From: Mobula hypostoma
Taxonomy: Eukaryota
DNA length: 64,000 bases
Direction of reading: 5' to 3'
Assembly (NCBI RefSeq): GCF_963921235.1
Contig: NC_086101.1
Span: 156,612,001 to 156,676,000 of the forward strand
Position 1 is the first letter of the stretch. The number at the start of each line of letters is the position of its first letter. The notes under the pieces are model-generated. The model worked only from the letters and a program-made list of their open reading frames with translations, searched no databases and had not been told where the DNA came from. Of this stretch, positions 50,249-62,599 are shown one piece after another. The position numbers were made by a program, and so were the translations under genes.

Positions 50249-50377
50249 AATAGGAGGAGATTCTAAATAATCATGCAAATCACTATAATCTTACAATTAG
50301 TTATCTTCCCACAGGTTTTTTTTTGACTGAATACTGCAGCATAGGTTCATTAGGATGATATCAGGGTTTAAGGAGTA

Positions 50378-51935
50378 AAACTTCAAGTTTAATTGTATTT
50401 CAACTTTACATAGCTAAACAAAACAGTGTTCCTGCAGGGCCAAGTTACAAGACACAGTACATACAGTTACACGCAGCTCATATAGTTACATATAGTCATA
50501 AAAATTTTTAGCACAAGCCCATGAGTGGAATGCTTCATTATTGACCTTCCTTCCATCATAAGGTCAGAAGTGATAATGTCCCCAGATGACTGCACAATGT
50601 TCTGCACCATTCGTGACTCTTCAGGTAGTGAAGCTGTTCATACCCAAATTCAACAGGACCTGGACAGTATCCATGTGTGGGCAGACAAGTGGCAAGTAAT
50701 ATTTGAGGCTTGCAAGTGCTAGGCAATGACTATCACCAACAAGAGAGGCTCTAACTATCGTGTCTTGACATTCAGTGGCATCACCATCACTCAATCCCCT
50801 ACTATCAACATCCCAGGGGTTATCATTGACAGGAAACTGAACTGGTCTAGCCGTGTAAACACTGTGGCTACCAGAGTAGGTCAAAGGCTAGGAATCCTGT
50901 GGCATGTAACTCACCTCCTGACTCCCCAAAGCCTGTCCGCCGTCTACAAGGTTCAGGTCAGGAGTGTAATGGAACACTCACCACTCGCCTGGGTGAGTGC
51001 AGCTCCATCAACACTCAAGAAGGTTGACACCATCCAGTACAAGGCAGCCCACTTGATTGGTACCCCTTCCACAAGCATCCAATCCCTCCACCATCGACAA
51101 ACAATTGCAGTAGTGTGTATTATCTACAATGTATTTTCTAAATGACAATAAGCGAGGACCTAGTATTCTCATAATCTAAAAAAAAAACAACACAGCAATG
51201 TTCCTAAGGCAGCACCTTCCAGACCCACAACCACTACCATCTCGCAGGACAAGAACAGCAGATACTTGGGAACACCACTGCTTGGAGGTCCCCTCCAAGT
51301 CACTCACCATCCTGACTTAGAAACATACCAACATTCCTTATCTGCTGCTGGGTCAAAATCTTGGAATTTCCTCCCTAACAGCACTGTGTGTGTACCTACA
51401 AACTCAGGGTCAGCAGCGGTTAAAGAAGGCAACTGATCACCACCTTCTCAAGGGCTATTAGGGATGGGCAATAAATGCTTGCTTAGCTGATAACGCCCAC
51501 ATCTGATAAATGAACAAATAAATAAATAACGGCCTGAAGATTGATGGTGCATGAGGTGTTGTCCGGAGCCGCGTTTCTGCAGGAACAAGTATGCAACAGT
51601 TCCCCATCTCAGCTGCAGAGGAAGGCAAATCAGCTTGTCTAATGCTATATCATCCAGCTTGTCTTTCAAGTATTGCAAACACTGGAGAGCAGCACTGACA
51701 GGAGGGATCAGCAAACCACGCCCCCCCCCCAACCCAGCATGGATTCCAATGTGCCTGCTCACCTCTGTTCTTTCCTAAACCGCCTCCAGCATCTCTGCAC
51801 CCGTGTGGCTGTAACAGGCAATGCCATAGCATGAGGACATGGTCTGTAGTATAATGAAGGCCATGCAGCTCCCCTACCATCGGTCTCGTCAATGAACTAG
51901 ACTTGCAATATTTAATATTCCCAATGTCCAAGAGA
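50378..51935 (-). mobile_element. Unclassified non-coding repeat, copy 1, interrupted by a LINE
   Basis: 51651-51935 and 50381-50445 are reverse complements of parts of 53085-53590. Confidence 0.65.
50525..51530 (+). mobile_element. CR1-group (Zenon-like) LINE 3' 1 kb
   Basis: ORFs 50525-50722 (PDDCT, QQDLDSIHVWADKWQVIF) and 50726-51145 (VYKVQVRSVMEHSPLAW..SLHHRQTIA); 3' end CACCACCTTCTCAAGGGC..GGGCAATAAATGC and (AAAT)n tail. Exact clade uncertain. Confidence 0.8.
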
Positions 51936-52804
51936 AAAAAATGCATAATATTATCTAATTCTGTAAACTGATCCAACTGAGATATTTAAGGTGCACTTAA
52001 GAGGAAGCGAGATTGTTTCCTCCGGTGAGGGAGCCACGATTAAGGGATTAGACCAAAATTATGCAGGTGGGAAATCAAGAAACACTTTCTCACAAGAAGG
52101 TTAGTGAGAGTGTAGAGTTTTCTACCCAAAATGATGTGAATGCTGGGACAATAAAATCTTTAAAGCTGGAGTCAACAGATTATATTGAAGTTGAAATGTC
52201 TGGTTAGGCAAGGTCTAATTCACTGTTGGAGCTTGGTAAAATTTGAATGGCATGTACCTGTTCTTTTGGTCTAATGGCCAACTATACTGCAGGGAGCACT
52301 ATAAATAGGAAGGACCAGCTGTACTGAAATCCATGGTGAAAGAGCTCCAGAATATTGTGTGAGTTCAAGGACAATAGAATCAGCTGACGATTGTTTGGAC
52401 TTGAATTGTTATAAAAATAATTGCAGGCTTTCATTCATAAACACATGACTTTATATGCACAGCTGACAACCAGGAGTTAGTTATTGTTTTCCTAAGGAAA
52501 CTCCACCAGCAAATCGGATGTCAATAGCTGCTCTTTCAATCCAGCTGCAAGCTTACTGAATATATTTCAGATGTCAGAGGTACAGTAAGGACTCTTCACC
52601 TGTCTTATCTCAATGATGTAGCATCAAAATAACATTTAAAAGACACTTGGACCAGACACATGGATAGGAAAGGTTTAAAGGGATATGGGCCAAGCGCAGG
52701 AAAATAGGATTAGCTTAGATGGGCACCTTGGTCAGTTTGGAAGAATGGGCTTGAAGGTCCTATATCCATACTATGTTACTCCATAACTCTATAACTGTAA
52801 CTCC

Positions 52805-52956
52805 AACAACAGGAATTCTGCAGATGCTGGAAATTCAAGCAACACACATGCTGGAAATTCAAGTCCTGACGAAGGGTCTCGGCCTGAAACGTCGACTGCA
52901 CCTCTTCCTACAGATGCTGCCTGGCCTGCTGCGTTCACCAGCAACTTTGATGTGTG
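52805..52956 (+). mobile_element. 152-bp young Penelope pLTR insertion with a flipped terminal segment and 13-bp TSD
   Basis: TAACTGTAACTCC at 52792-52804 and 52957-52969; 52805-52849 is the inverted element end and 52862-52956 is the sense segment. Confidence 0.9.
52862..52897 (+). ncRNA. Minimal type-I hammerhead ribozyme motif
   Basis: AGTC-CTGACGA-A-GGGT CTCG GCCT-GAAAC-GTC-GACT, identical to 23325-23360. Confidence 0.75.
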
Positions 52957-52989
52957 TAACTGTAACTCCTAGTTGCTCGATGTTGGTGG

Positions 52990-53590
52990 AGCTGGACTTG
53001 TTGTGTCCATTGTTGTGTTGTTGCCTAGACTTGTGTACCATTGGACGATGCACAGTGCGAGTGATTGTCTTGAATGTTTTTATTATGTTTGGTAATGTAG
53101 AATACTGCAAATCTGTTTCATTGGTGAGACCAACAGCAGGGGAGCTGCATTGCCTCAGTTGTGGTGGGGACAAGGCCCTCACTGCAGAGTCGCCTGTTGC
53201 AGTCGCCCAGAGGAGGAAGCGCCTAGGTGGAATGAGAAAGCAGGAGCCATTGCGGTCATGCTGATATCTATACTGAGTTGTGGGCTAGCCCCTTCCCATC
53301 AGTGCTGCCCTCCAGTGCGCACTCAGTGCTGCCTCCCAGTGTTCGCTTAGTGGAAGGACAAGCTAGACCACGACGATTCACCATCAATCTACAGTCATGT
53401 GACTCAGGGAGTTGGGCAATAATATCGTTTTTCTTTGTGACTGTATGTTTTTCTGAAATTGTAACCATGTGTGTTAGTTGTGTCATGTGAAGAGTGCTGT
53501 GGGTAATGTGTTTTGCCCTTTGGCCCCAGATGAACACTGTTTTGTTTGGCTATATTCAAGTACAGTTGAATGATAATTAAACTTGAACTT
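52990..53590 (+). mobile_element. Unclassified non-coding repeat, copy 2
   Basis: Homologous to 50378-51935(-); ends in ATAATTAAACTTGAACTT, a LINE-type tail. Confidence 0.65.
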
Positions 53591-54589
53591 TACAAATCTA
53601 TTGATGATTTATTGTCAAAATCTGTAATAAAATTTGCTTTCCTTAGATCCTGTTGGGTATATTTGAAACAAAACAAAACATATTATTTAACCCCATGGGT
53701 TTTCACATTTTTCACATAAGACCTCAAAAGCAAGAAATTAACAGAGAAAAGAGGAAAATATCAATGTAAGACAAGAATGGAACCACAGTCCCTTGAACAT
53801 ATTCTCACTCAGTGGGATCGTGGATGAAATGAAGCTAACTCCACAATTTCCACCCTTGTCCCAAATCAGTACCGGTGGTTAATCAAAAGTTTTCAATTGC
53901 AGATTTAAAATTAACAGTTATGTGAAATAAAAATAGAAAATGTAAATACTTAACAGTCATGAATTGACCTTCATTACAAATTTCTCAGAAAAGTTGCATC
54001 TTTCTATTACAGACTGTGTGTAGAAATACTGCATCTCCTTATCACATTCCTGTAAATCAAGTGAAGCATTGTAGTGGAAGGAACGAGAGAGAGAATTTAT
54101 GTGAGGCTGTGTGCACAGAACAGGACTCTCCTGGTTCCAACATTTGTTTTGATGCCAGAACCCTGAGTAGAGAGTGATGTGCGACCCGCTGTGTCACCCA
54201 AGTTAGGCAATAAGATGATTGTCCATATCAACTCTAGTATGGTTATCAAACCCTGCTCTGCAAGTTCACTGCTACTGATTGGTATAAGAACAAATTACAC
54301 TTGTAAAGCAATTTTATGATACAAAAACTTCTTAAAGCACTGAGGTGTAATTAAAAATGAAGTACAAGGGAAAGATAAACAAATGTTTGGTGAAAAGGGT
54401 TTTAAAGGAAGAAAGGATAATAAAATGTAGACAAAGACAATTTTGAAATGGGAATACCAGCTGTGGAAAGTGGACATTTGAAGAATTATGGACACTCTGC
54501 ATGTTATTGTGAGGTACAAGACAGAGGGAGGGACTATCATTCTTCAGTTACTTCCAGAAACTGATTTCCTTATAAACCCATTTATAACA

Positions 54590-54925
54590 CTGTGTCACAG
54601 CTAGTAGAGTTGTTGCCTCATAGCACCAGAGATCAGGTTTAACCCTGACTCGGTTGCTATCTGTGCAGAGTTTGCACCTCCTTCCAGTGTCTAGGTGTGA
54701 GTTTCCATGGTGTTTTGGTTTCTTCCCACATCCCAAAGACATGTGGGATGGTAGGTGAACCGGTGAATGTACATTAGCCCTAGTGCATAGGTGAGTGACA
54801 GAATCTGGAGAAAGTTGATAAGAATGTGAGGCAAGCAAAGTGGGATTAGGAGAAGATTGGTACATAGAGGTGGTTTTCATGGACCTGGTGGGCTGAAAGG
54901 CCTCTCTGACTCTCTGTGACTCAGA
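54590..54925 (+). mobile_element. V-SINE with CR1-like tail
   Basis: GCAGAGTTTGCACCTCCTTCCAGTG..GGTTTCTTCCCACATCCCAAAGACATG V-domain; ends GGGCTGAAAGGCCT..CTCTGTGACTC. Confidence 0.75.
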
Positions 54926-55819
54926 TTCTATGAAAAATTGATGCTGTTCATCCTTTGAATAATTTACACTGCAGTCATGACTCTGCAAAGGGGAGGAGTT
55001 TTGATTCTTGATGAGATACCAATTAGATCTGAATGCCATGGTAATCGTTCCTCAAAACTGGATAAATCTATGCACAGCGCAGACATAATATTCTCCAAAT
55101 TCAAACAGATAAATCCCCTGTGGTTTATAAATCTAGAAACATAGCGGGTTTCTTCACTTGTTGATGTTACAGACTTCCCTCCAATTGCAGAGAAATTAGG
55201 GTATAATTATGCAAATAGCATATTTACCAACAGTCTGCATTTTCTATTGTATGTGCATTGTTAGTGGAAGTGCAAAGGGCAATTTTAATTATGAGGATCA
55301 ACATTTATCTTAATCAGCTAATATAACAGTTGTAAAGCTACATTCATGATATTTTTTCCATAGCAGCCTTTGGTACTAATTAGAGAAAGTTCACAACCTA
55401 GGTTTCAACTGATGTCAATAAAAGAGGAGGCAAACTGCAACAATCACCTTACGTTGGTAGGTCACTGGCAGAAGCACAACCAGAGAAAACAAACAGAATG
55501 CTGCCCAAAATATGTGTCCTTCAATGACATGATTTTGGGTTAGAAATTAATTGCCCTTGCAGAGTTAAGTTGACCCTTTGCTGCAGGTCCCATTGCTGGC
55601 CATGAGTGAATCAGCCTTGCAAAAAGATGACCTTGCCTTCACAAGGCTTTAGAGTATGCAAGAGATACATGAGCAGATCTGAGAGCTCATGAGGAAGAAG
55701 AAATGGAAAGCGGGATCATTTGCCAGAGCTTGCTGCTTGCTGGTGGGAGTTCGGTACACCCCTCCAGTTCATGGGGTTTGGTAGCACAGGTTAGTGACCG
55801 CACAAGGAAGGTGCCACAG

Positions 55820-56320
55820 ACAAGAGAATATCTGCAGATGCAAGAAATCCGAGCAACGCACATAAAATGCTGGAAGAACTCAGCAGGCCGGGAGCATCTA
55901 TGGAAAAAAGTATAATCGATGTTTCGGGCTGAAACCCTTCTACAGGCCTGGAGAAAAAAATCTGAGGAGTAGAGTTGAAAGGTGGGGGTAGGGAAGAGGG
56001 AAACACCAGGCAATAGGTGAAATTTGGAGGGGGAGGGATGAAGCAAAAAGCTAGGAAGTTGATTGGTGAAAGAGACAGAAAGCCATGGAAGTAAGAAGGG
56101 GGGCGGGAGGACCACCAGAGAGAGGCAATGGCAGACAAGAAGATAACATGAGAGAGGGACAAGGGGATGCGAAAATGGTGAAGGGGGGCTGGAAGTTTGA
56201 GAAATCGATGTTCATGTCATCAGCTTGGGGGCTACCCAAACAGAATATAAGGTGTTGTTTCTCCAACCTGAGTGTGGCCTTATCTCAACAGTGGAGGAGG
56301 ACATGGATAGACATATTCCA
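55820..56320 (-). mobile_element. Penelope-like 3' end with GIY-YIG C-terminus and a mutated hammerhead
   Basis: ORF 56051-56266(-) EKQHLIFCLGSPQADDMNIDFSNF; minus strand 55914-55949 reads AGGC-CTGTAGA-AGGGTTTCAGCCC-GAAAC-ATC-GATT. Confidence 0.85.
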
Positions 56321-56719
56321 TTCCAATTAAGTCCATCCCATTCTGATAGTCCAAGTGGAACTGAGGGACATGCATGATACAGCATTAACAATAGGACTTC
56401 AAGAAATTAGAAAGAAGGGGAATGGTACTAAATGTGACTGATTCCCTGCGTGCTATCGTGGACTCAGTAGACAAATGGACCCCTCTTTATTATGAATATA
56501 AGAAAATTATAATGCGACATTAATTCCAATTTTATTGTGCTTTTTTTGGGTTTCTTTGTTTTGTGGCTGCTTGTAAGGAGATTAATCTCAGGGTTGCAGA
56601 GAATATACATACTTTGATAAAAATGACTTTGAACTTTGGAAACATGTTGCTTGGTGCATATTTCAGGAACTTCTTGTATCCTTATAGCATTATAAAGCCA
56701 ATCTATATTTAGAATAATT

Positions 56720-57467
56720 AACATCAATTATCAGATGGATACGAGAAGGCATACAGGTGCAAAATGTACCAGCTATTTGAGTGGTGTCATGGCAACAACC
56801 TTGCACACAAAGTCAGTAAGACTAAAGAGCTGATTGTAGATTCCAGAAAGAGTAGGATGAGGGATCACAAACCAATCCTCATAGAGAGATCAAAAGTGGA
56901 GAGAGTGACCAGTTTCAATTTCCTGGGTGTAAATATCTCTGAGGATTTAACCTAGTCCCAACATATCGATGTAGCTATAAAGAAGGCAAGACAGTGGCTA
57001 TAGTTCATTAGGAGTTTGAGGAGATTTGGTTTGTCACCTAAGATGCTCAAAAACTTCTACAGATGTACCATGAAGAGCATTCTGACGGGCTGCATCACTG
57101 TCTAGTATGGGGGGTGCTACTGCACAGGACCGAAGCTACAGAAAGTTGTAAAATTAGTCAACTCCATCTTGGGTGCTAGCCTCCATAGTATACAAGACAT
57201 CTTCAAGGAGTGGTATCTCAGAAAGGCAGCGTCCATCATTAAGGACCCCCATCACCCAAGCCGTGCCCTCTTTTCATTGTTACCATCAGGGAGGAGGTAG
57301 TGAAGCCTAAAGGCACACACTCAGCAATCCAGGAAGCTTCTTCCCTTCTGCCACCCGATTTCTAAATGGACATTGAACCTCTAAACAGTACCTCACTTTT
57401 GTTATTTCTGTTTTTGCACTATTTTAATTTAACTATTTAATATGCATTTACATACTTACTGTAATTA
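56720..57467 (+). mobile_element. Rex1/Babar 3' fragment (its tail resumes at 60181-60252)
   Basis: ORF 56764-56955 NNLAHKVSKTKELIVD..FNFLGVNISEDLT; the 3' UTR continues after the nested inserts as TTGTACT..AAACCTGATTCTGATTCTGA. Confidence 0.9.
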
Positions 57468-58290
57468 AGACCATAGGACCATAAGACATAGGAGCAGAAT
57501 TAGGCCATCTGGCCCATCAAGTCTGATCTGCCATTCAATCATGGCTGATCCTTCTCATCTATTTCCTCCTCAACCCCAGTTTCCTGGCCTTCTCCCCATA
57601 ACTTTTGATGCCATGTCCAATTAAGAACTTATCAATCTCTGCTTTAATTACACCCATTGACCTGGCCTCCACAGCTGCATGTGGCAACAAATTCCACAAA
57701 TTCACCACCCATTGGCTGAAGAAATTTCTCCGCATATCTGTTTTGAAAGGGTGCCCCTCTATCCTGAGGCTGTGTTCTCTTGTCCTAGACTCTCCTACCA
57801 TAGGAAACATCCTTTGTGCATCTACTCTGTCTAGGCCTTTCAACATTTGAAAGGTTTCAATGAGATCCCCCCTCATCCTTTTGAATTCCAGCGATTTCAG
57901 ACCCAAAGCTATCAAACGTTCCTTGTATGAAAGCCCTTTCATTCCTGGAATTATCCTTGTGAACCTGCTCTGGACCCTCTCCAATGCCAGCACATCCTCC
58001 TTAAGATGAGGGACGCAAAACTGTTCACAATAGTCAAGGTGAGGCGAACCAGTGCCTCATAAAGCCCCAGCAAAACATCCCTGGTCTTGTATTCTAGACC
58101 TCTTGAAATGAATGCTAACGTGGCAGTTGCCTTCTTCACCACTGACTCATCCTGCGTTAATCTTCAGGGTGTTCTGCACAAGGACTCCCAAGTCCCTCTG
58201 CATCTCAGATTCCTGGATTTTCTCCCTGTTTAGAAAATAGTCCGCACATTTATTTCTACTACCAAAGTGCATGACCATGCATTTATTTTT
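57468..58290 (-). mobile_element. CR1 3' fragment nested in Rex1
   Basis: ORF 57559-57993(-) LERVQSRFTRIIPGMKG..MRGDLIETF..VNLWNLLP; AAGACCATAGGACCATAAGAC tail. Confidence 0.95.
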
Positions 58291-60180
58291 CCTTACATTA
58301 TCATGCAGACACCACCATCCAGGATGAATTGCCTGAACTTATCTATTTCCTCCTCAACCCCAGTTCCTGGCCTTCTCCCCATAACCTCAGTCTACCACCA
58401 ACCTTCCAGGAGGTTCTATCAGCTGTCTATTCCCTTGAGAACGACAAGTCCCCTGGCACTGAAACTATCCCTGCTGAGTTACTGAAGAACGGAGGGTACA
58501 TGTATATGCACACCCTCTACCAGTATATCGCCAAGGCCTGGACTGATGAGGACATCCCACAGCAATGGAGAAATGCAAACATCGTTGTCTTTTATAAGAA
58601 CAAGGGTGACAAGGCGATCTGCGGCAATAGTAGGGGCATATCACTCCTTGCTGGTGCTGCAAAGGTCCTGGCTAAGGTGATGCTTCAGAGACTTATCAGC
58701 AACATCACCGAGTCAATGCTGCCTGAATCGCAGTGTAGATTTAGGAAGAACAGGAACACAATCAACATGATCTTTACAGCCAGACAGCTTCAGGAAAAGT
58801 GCCAGGAGCAGCATCAGGACCTGTTTATGGCCTTTGTCAACCTCTCCAAAGCATTCGACACCGTGCAAAGAGAGCTCTTATGGGATGTCCTCCTCAGGTT
58901 TGGCTGTCCCAATAAATTTGTTAACATCCTCCGCCAGTTCCACGATGGGATGACTGCTCGGGTGACCATAGGAGGACAAGAGTCCGAACCCTTTCTGTTA
59001 TGCACAGGGGTGAGGCAGGGGTGTGTGCTAGCGCCAATGCTCTTTAACATCTTCCTCTTGTGTGTTACCAAGCTTCTCCACAACGAGACTGAAGACAGCA
59101 GTGGTGTAGCAGTGGACGTCAGATTAGATGACAACCTCTTTGGCATCAGGAGGCTCCACGCAACCACCAAACTCCGTAGAGAGTGGGTCCTGAAGCTACA
59201 GTATGCAGACGACTGTGCTCTTGTGGCCCATACTCCGGAGGATCTTCAGACTGTCCTTGCTGTGGTGGTGACAGCATACAGCAGGATGGGGCTGACTGTC
59301 AATACCAGCAAGACAGAAGTGGTTTGCCAATAGAGTACCAGTGTCCCACCCACTCTACCCGCCTTCACTGTTGGTGATGAAAAGCTGTCAGTAGTGCCAT
59401 CTTTCAAATATCTGGGGAGCATTCTCTCTGAGGATAGCAGCATTGACAATGACATTCAGAGCCGCATTAAACAGGCATCAGCTGCCTTTGGGAGACTTCG
59501 GCGTAGAGTCTTTCAGAACAGTAGCCTTCGCACCTCCACAAAGATCGCCGTATACCAAGCGGTCTGTGTCACCACCTTCCTTTATAGCTGTGAAGCTTGG
59601 GTAACCTACAGCCATCACATCAAGTCTTTGGAGTGCTTCCACATAAGCTACCTCCAGCACATCCTGGGCATTACCTGGTGTGAGCGGATGCCTCACACTG
59701 AAATACTTGTAAAGACCAGCTGCTGAAGTATTGAGGCCAAGATCACCCAGCGTCAGCTGCAGTGGCTGAGGCACGTGATAAGGATGCCCCCATGTCAGCT
59801 ACCCCGCAGCTACGGCCAGCTACATCATGGTCGACGCTCAGCCGGAGGGCCAAAGAAGTGCTATAAGGATCAGATGAAGAATGCTTTAAGGAACTGCAAG
59901 ATCAGACCCAAGGACCTGGAGGAGGTTGCTGCTGATCGTACCACTTGGCGACAGCTGTGTAAGGACGGGGTTTGTATTCTGGAGATGGAAAGAACAACCA
60001 GAAGACAGCAGAAGGGGGCCAGGAGAAATGCAGCCATGGTTGTCACCACTACCACGTATACATGTCCAACCTGCGCTAGAGCTTGTAGGCCCAGGATAGG
60101 ACTGTATAGTCATCAAAGATCTCATCATTAAAGGAGTGGACATCGTCATCGGATTTCAATGGACAACCAAACAGAAGAGA
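58291..60180 (+). mobile_element. RTE-clade LINE, 5'-truncated (RT domain to C-terminus)
   Basis: ORF 58329-59333 has KSPGTETIPAELLK, CGNSRGISLL, LPESQCRFR, SKAFDTV, GVRQGCVLAP and LQYADD; followed by FKYLGS and C-terminal CPTCARAC..IGLYSHQRSH; short 3' UTR ending AACAGAAGAGA. Confidence 0.95.
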
Positions 60181-60254
60181 TTGTACTACTGCCAGGAAGT
60201 TAACAAATTTCATGACATATCACAATGATATTAAACCTGATTCTGATTCTGATC

Positions 60255-60880
60255 ATTGATCAAGGTAAATACAATGTTGGCATTTATTTCAAAGGGAATA
60301 GAATATAACAGCAAGAAGGTAATGCTGAGCCTTTATAAGATACTAGTCAGCCAGACCTAGAGTATTGCCAACAGTTTTGGGCACCATATCTCAGAAAGTA
60401 TGTGTTTTCATTGGAGAGTGTCCAGAAGAGGTTCACGAGGATGCTTTGGAGGGGGTGCAGAAAAAATTTTACTAGGATTCTGTCTGTATTAGAGGGAAAG
60501 AGCAACACGGAGAGGTTGGATAACAAGAGATGATTTCTCAGAGGCTGAGAGGAGACCTGATAGAAATTTATAAAATTGTGAGGGGCATAGATAAGGCAGA
60601 CAGTCAAAAACTTTCTCCCAATCAGAAATGTCATATATTAGAGGACATGCATTTACAGAGAGAGGGGGAAAGTTTAAAGGGGATATGATTTGCACAGAAA
60701 GTGATAGCTGCCAGGAGGTAGTGGTGGAAGCAGATATGACAGTAGTGTATAAGAGGCTGTTAAATGCAAACGCAGCGAATAGAGGGATATGGATCATGCA
60801 CAGGCAGAAAGCAATTACTTTAATTTAGTATTGTGTTTGGCACAGGTTCTGTGGGCCAATGTGCCTGTGCCTATGTTGTG
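60255..60880 (+). mobile_element. CR1 3' fragments (two subfamilies joined)
   Basis: LAFISKGIEY..LYKILV, LESVQKRFTRM and RLRGDLIEIYKIVRGID motifs. Confidence 0.8.
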
Positions 60881-61199
60881 TTCCAAATATCTTGTAACTG
60901 AGGCTGTTATCCACCACCCACCCACCTCCCCCCACCCCATTATTCCCCTTGAGTTCGGTCCCCATTTATGCACAAAGGCATAATTCCATATAACTCCATT
61001 GATTACACACATCTTCTCAAACATTGCCATCGTATTGCTTCATTTGCCTCAAACTATAAGTTCATGTGTATCTCCCACCTCATCAGTGAACAGAGAATTC
61101 AGTAGTTACTGTATCTCATTGTTATTAGACAGTTGATATTACTGGGTGTATTTAACTAAATTATCAACAAAGTCAGAACTCATAACATGTTGTCATCTA

Positions 61200-62050
61200 A
61201 GCCAATGATCCGGATGATAATGTGGTAAACTGGGTCAGCATATTTATGGATGACACCAAAATTGGGGGCGTAGTGGACAGTAAGGAAGGCTATCAAAGGT
61301 TGCAGTGACATTCGGACAAACTGTAAGAATTGGCTGAAAAATGGCAGAAGGAAATTAATGTAGACCAGTGTGAGATGATTCACTTTGCGAGAACAACACA
61401 GGGTAGGACATACATAGGGAATGGTAAGGCACTGAGGTAGAACAGACAAACCTGGGAATAAAGATCCATAATTCTTTGAATGTAGATAGGGTCATAAAGA
61501 GAGCTTTTGCCCCACGCATTAGTATTCAGTACAGAGTTTGGGATGTTCTGTTGAAGTTGGTGAGGCCTGATTTAGAGTATTCTGAACAGTTCTGGTCAAC
61601 TATCTACAAGAAAGATATCAATAAGGTTCAATATGCAAAGAAAATTTACAAGGATTTTACCGGGGCTTGAGGATTTGAGTTTCAGGGAAAGATTGAATAG
61701 GTCAGGATTTTATTCTGGGGTGCAGAAGAGAATAATGAGAAATTTGATAGAGATATACAAAATTATGAGGGGTATAGGTAAGTTAAATGCAATGGGTATT
61801 TTCCATTATGTGAGACTAGAACTAGAGGTCATGGATTAAGGGTGAAAAGTAAAGCATTTAAGGGGAACATAGTCAGTTCTTCACTCAGAGGGTGGTACGA
61901 GTGTGGAAAAAACCGCCAATGGAAGTGGTGGATATGGGTTCGACTTCAACACTTAAGTGTTATGAGAGGATGAGAGGATGCAAATCAATGGGTCGAAGCA
62001 GAATAATAGCTCAGCATGGACTAGATATGACAAAGAGCCTGTTCCTGTGC
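61200..62050 (+). mobile_element. CR1 RT/3' fragment, old
   Basis: SIFMDDTKIGG, LVRPDLEYSEQFW and RKFTRILPGLEDLSFRERL motifs. Confidence 0.85.
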
Positions 62051-62599
62051 TAACCAGGAACAGTGTCTTCAAATGCCTTGTGGAATCTGCACATTTGAGA
62101 TGGACAGTAAAATGGCAAAGACAATAAATGAATTCTCATTAATCTATGAGGCACTTTGCAATTTAACAAATGAACCTTCAGTAACAAAGAACTCTTTAGA
62201 TCATTACTGCGAAACTAAACTCTAAATGTAATTCAAAAGAAAGATCAAATTCACAACTTATGTTGAAACTCACCATATAAGCTTCACTTTACCCCAACAA
62301 TGTTACCAGGAGAGTAACAGTGAGGGCAGTTCTTACCAAGATTGCAATGTGTGGTTGGCTTCGATCCTGGTAACCAAGCAACACAGTGAGGCCTTGCTCT
62401 CACTTATCACTCCATCTAACTTAAGGATTCTCACAACTAGCTACCAGAAACAATTTGTCAATGTCAGCATCAAGAGAACCCAGATCTCATTAGATGCATA
62501 TATAGCAGTAAAATGGACTTGCCTAGATATGTCAAAAATCATTTAATTCTTTCAGGATAAAGATACAACAAAATATGTAATCAGACAGGTGCAGGTGAA

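Noticed and set aside
52773-53264. 163-aa ORF
   Set aside because: Chance chimera spanning a CR1 tail, the Penelope cassette and an unclassified repeat.
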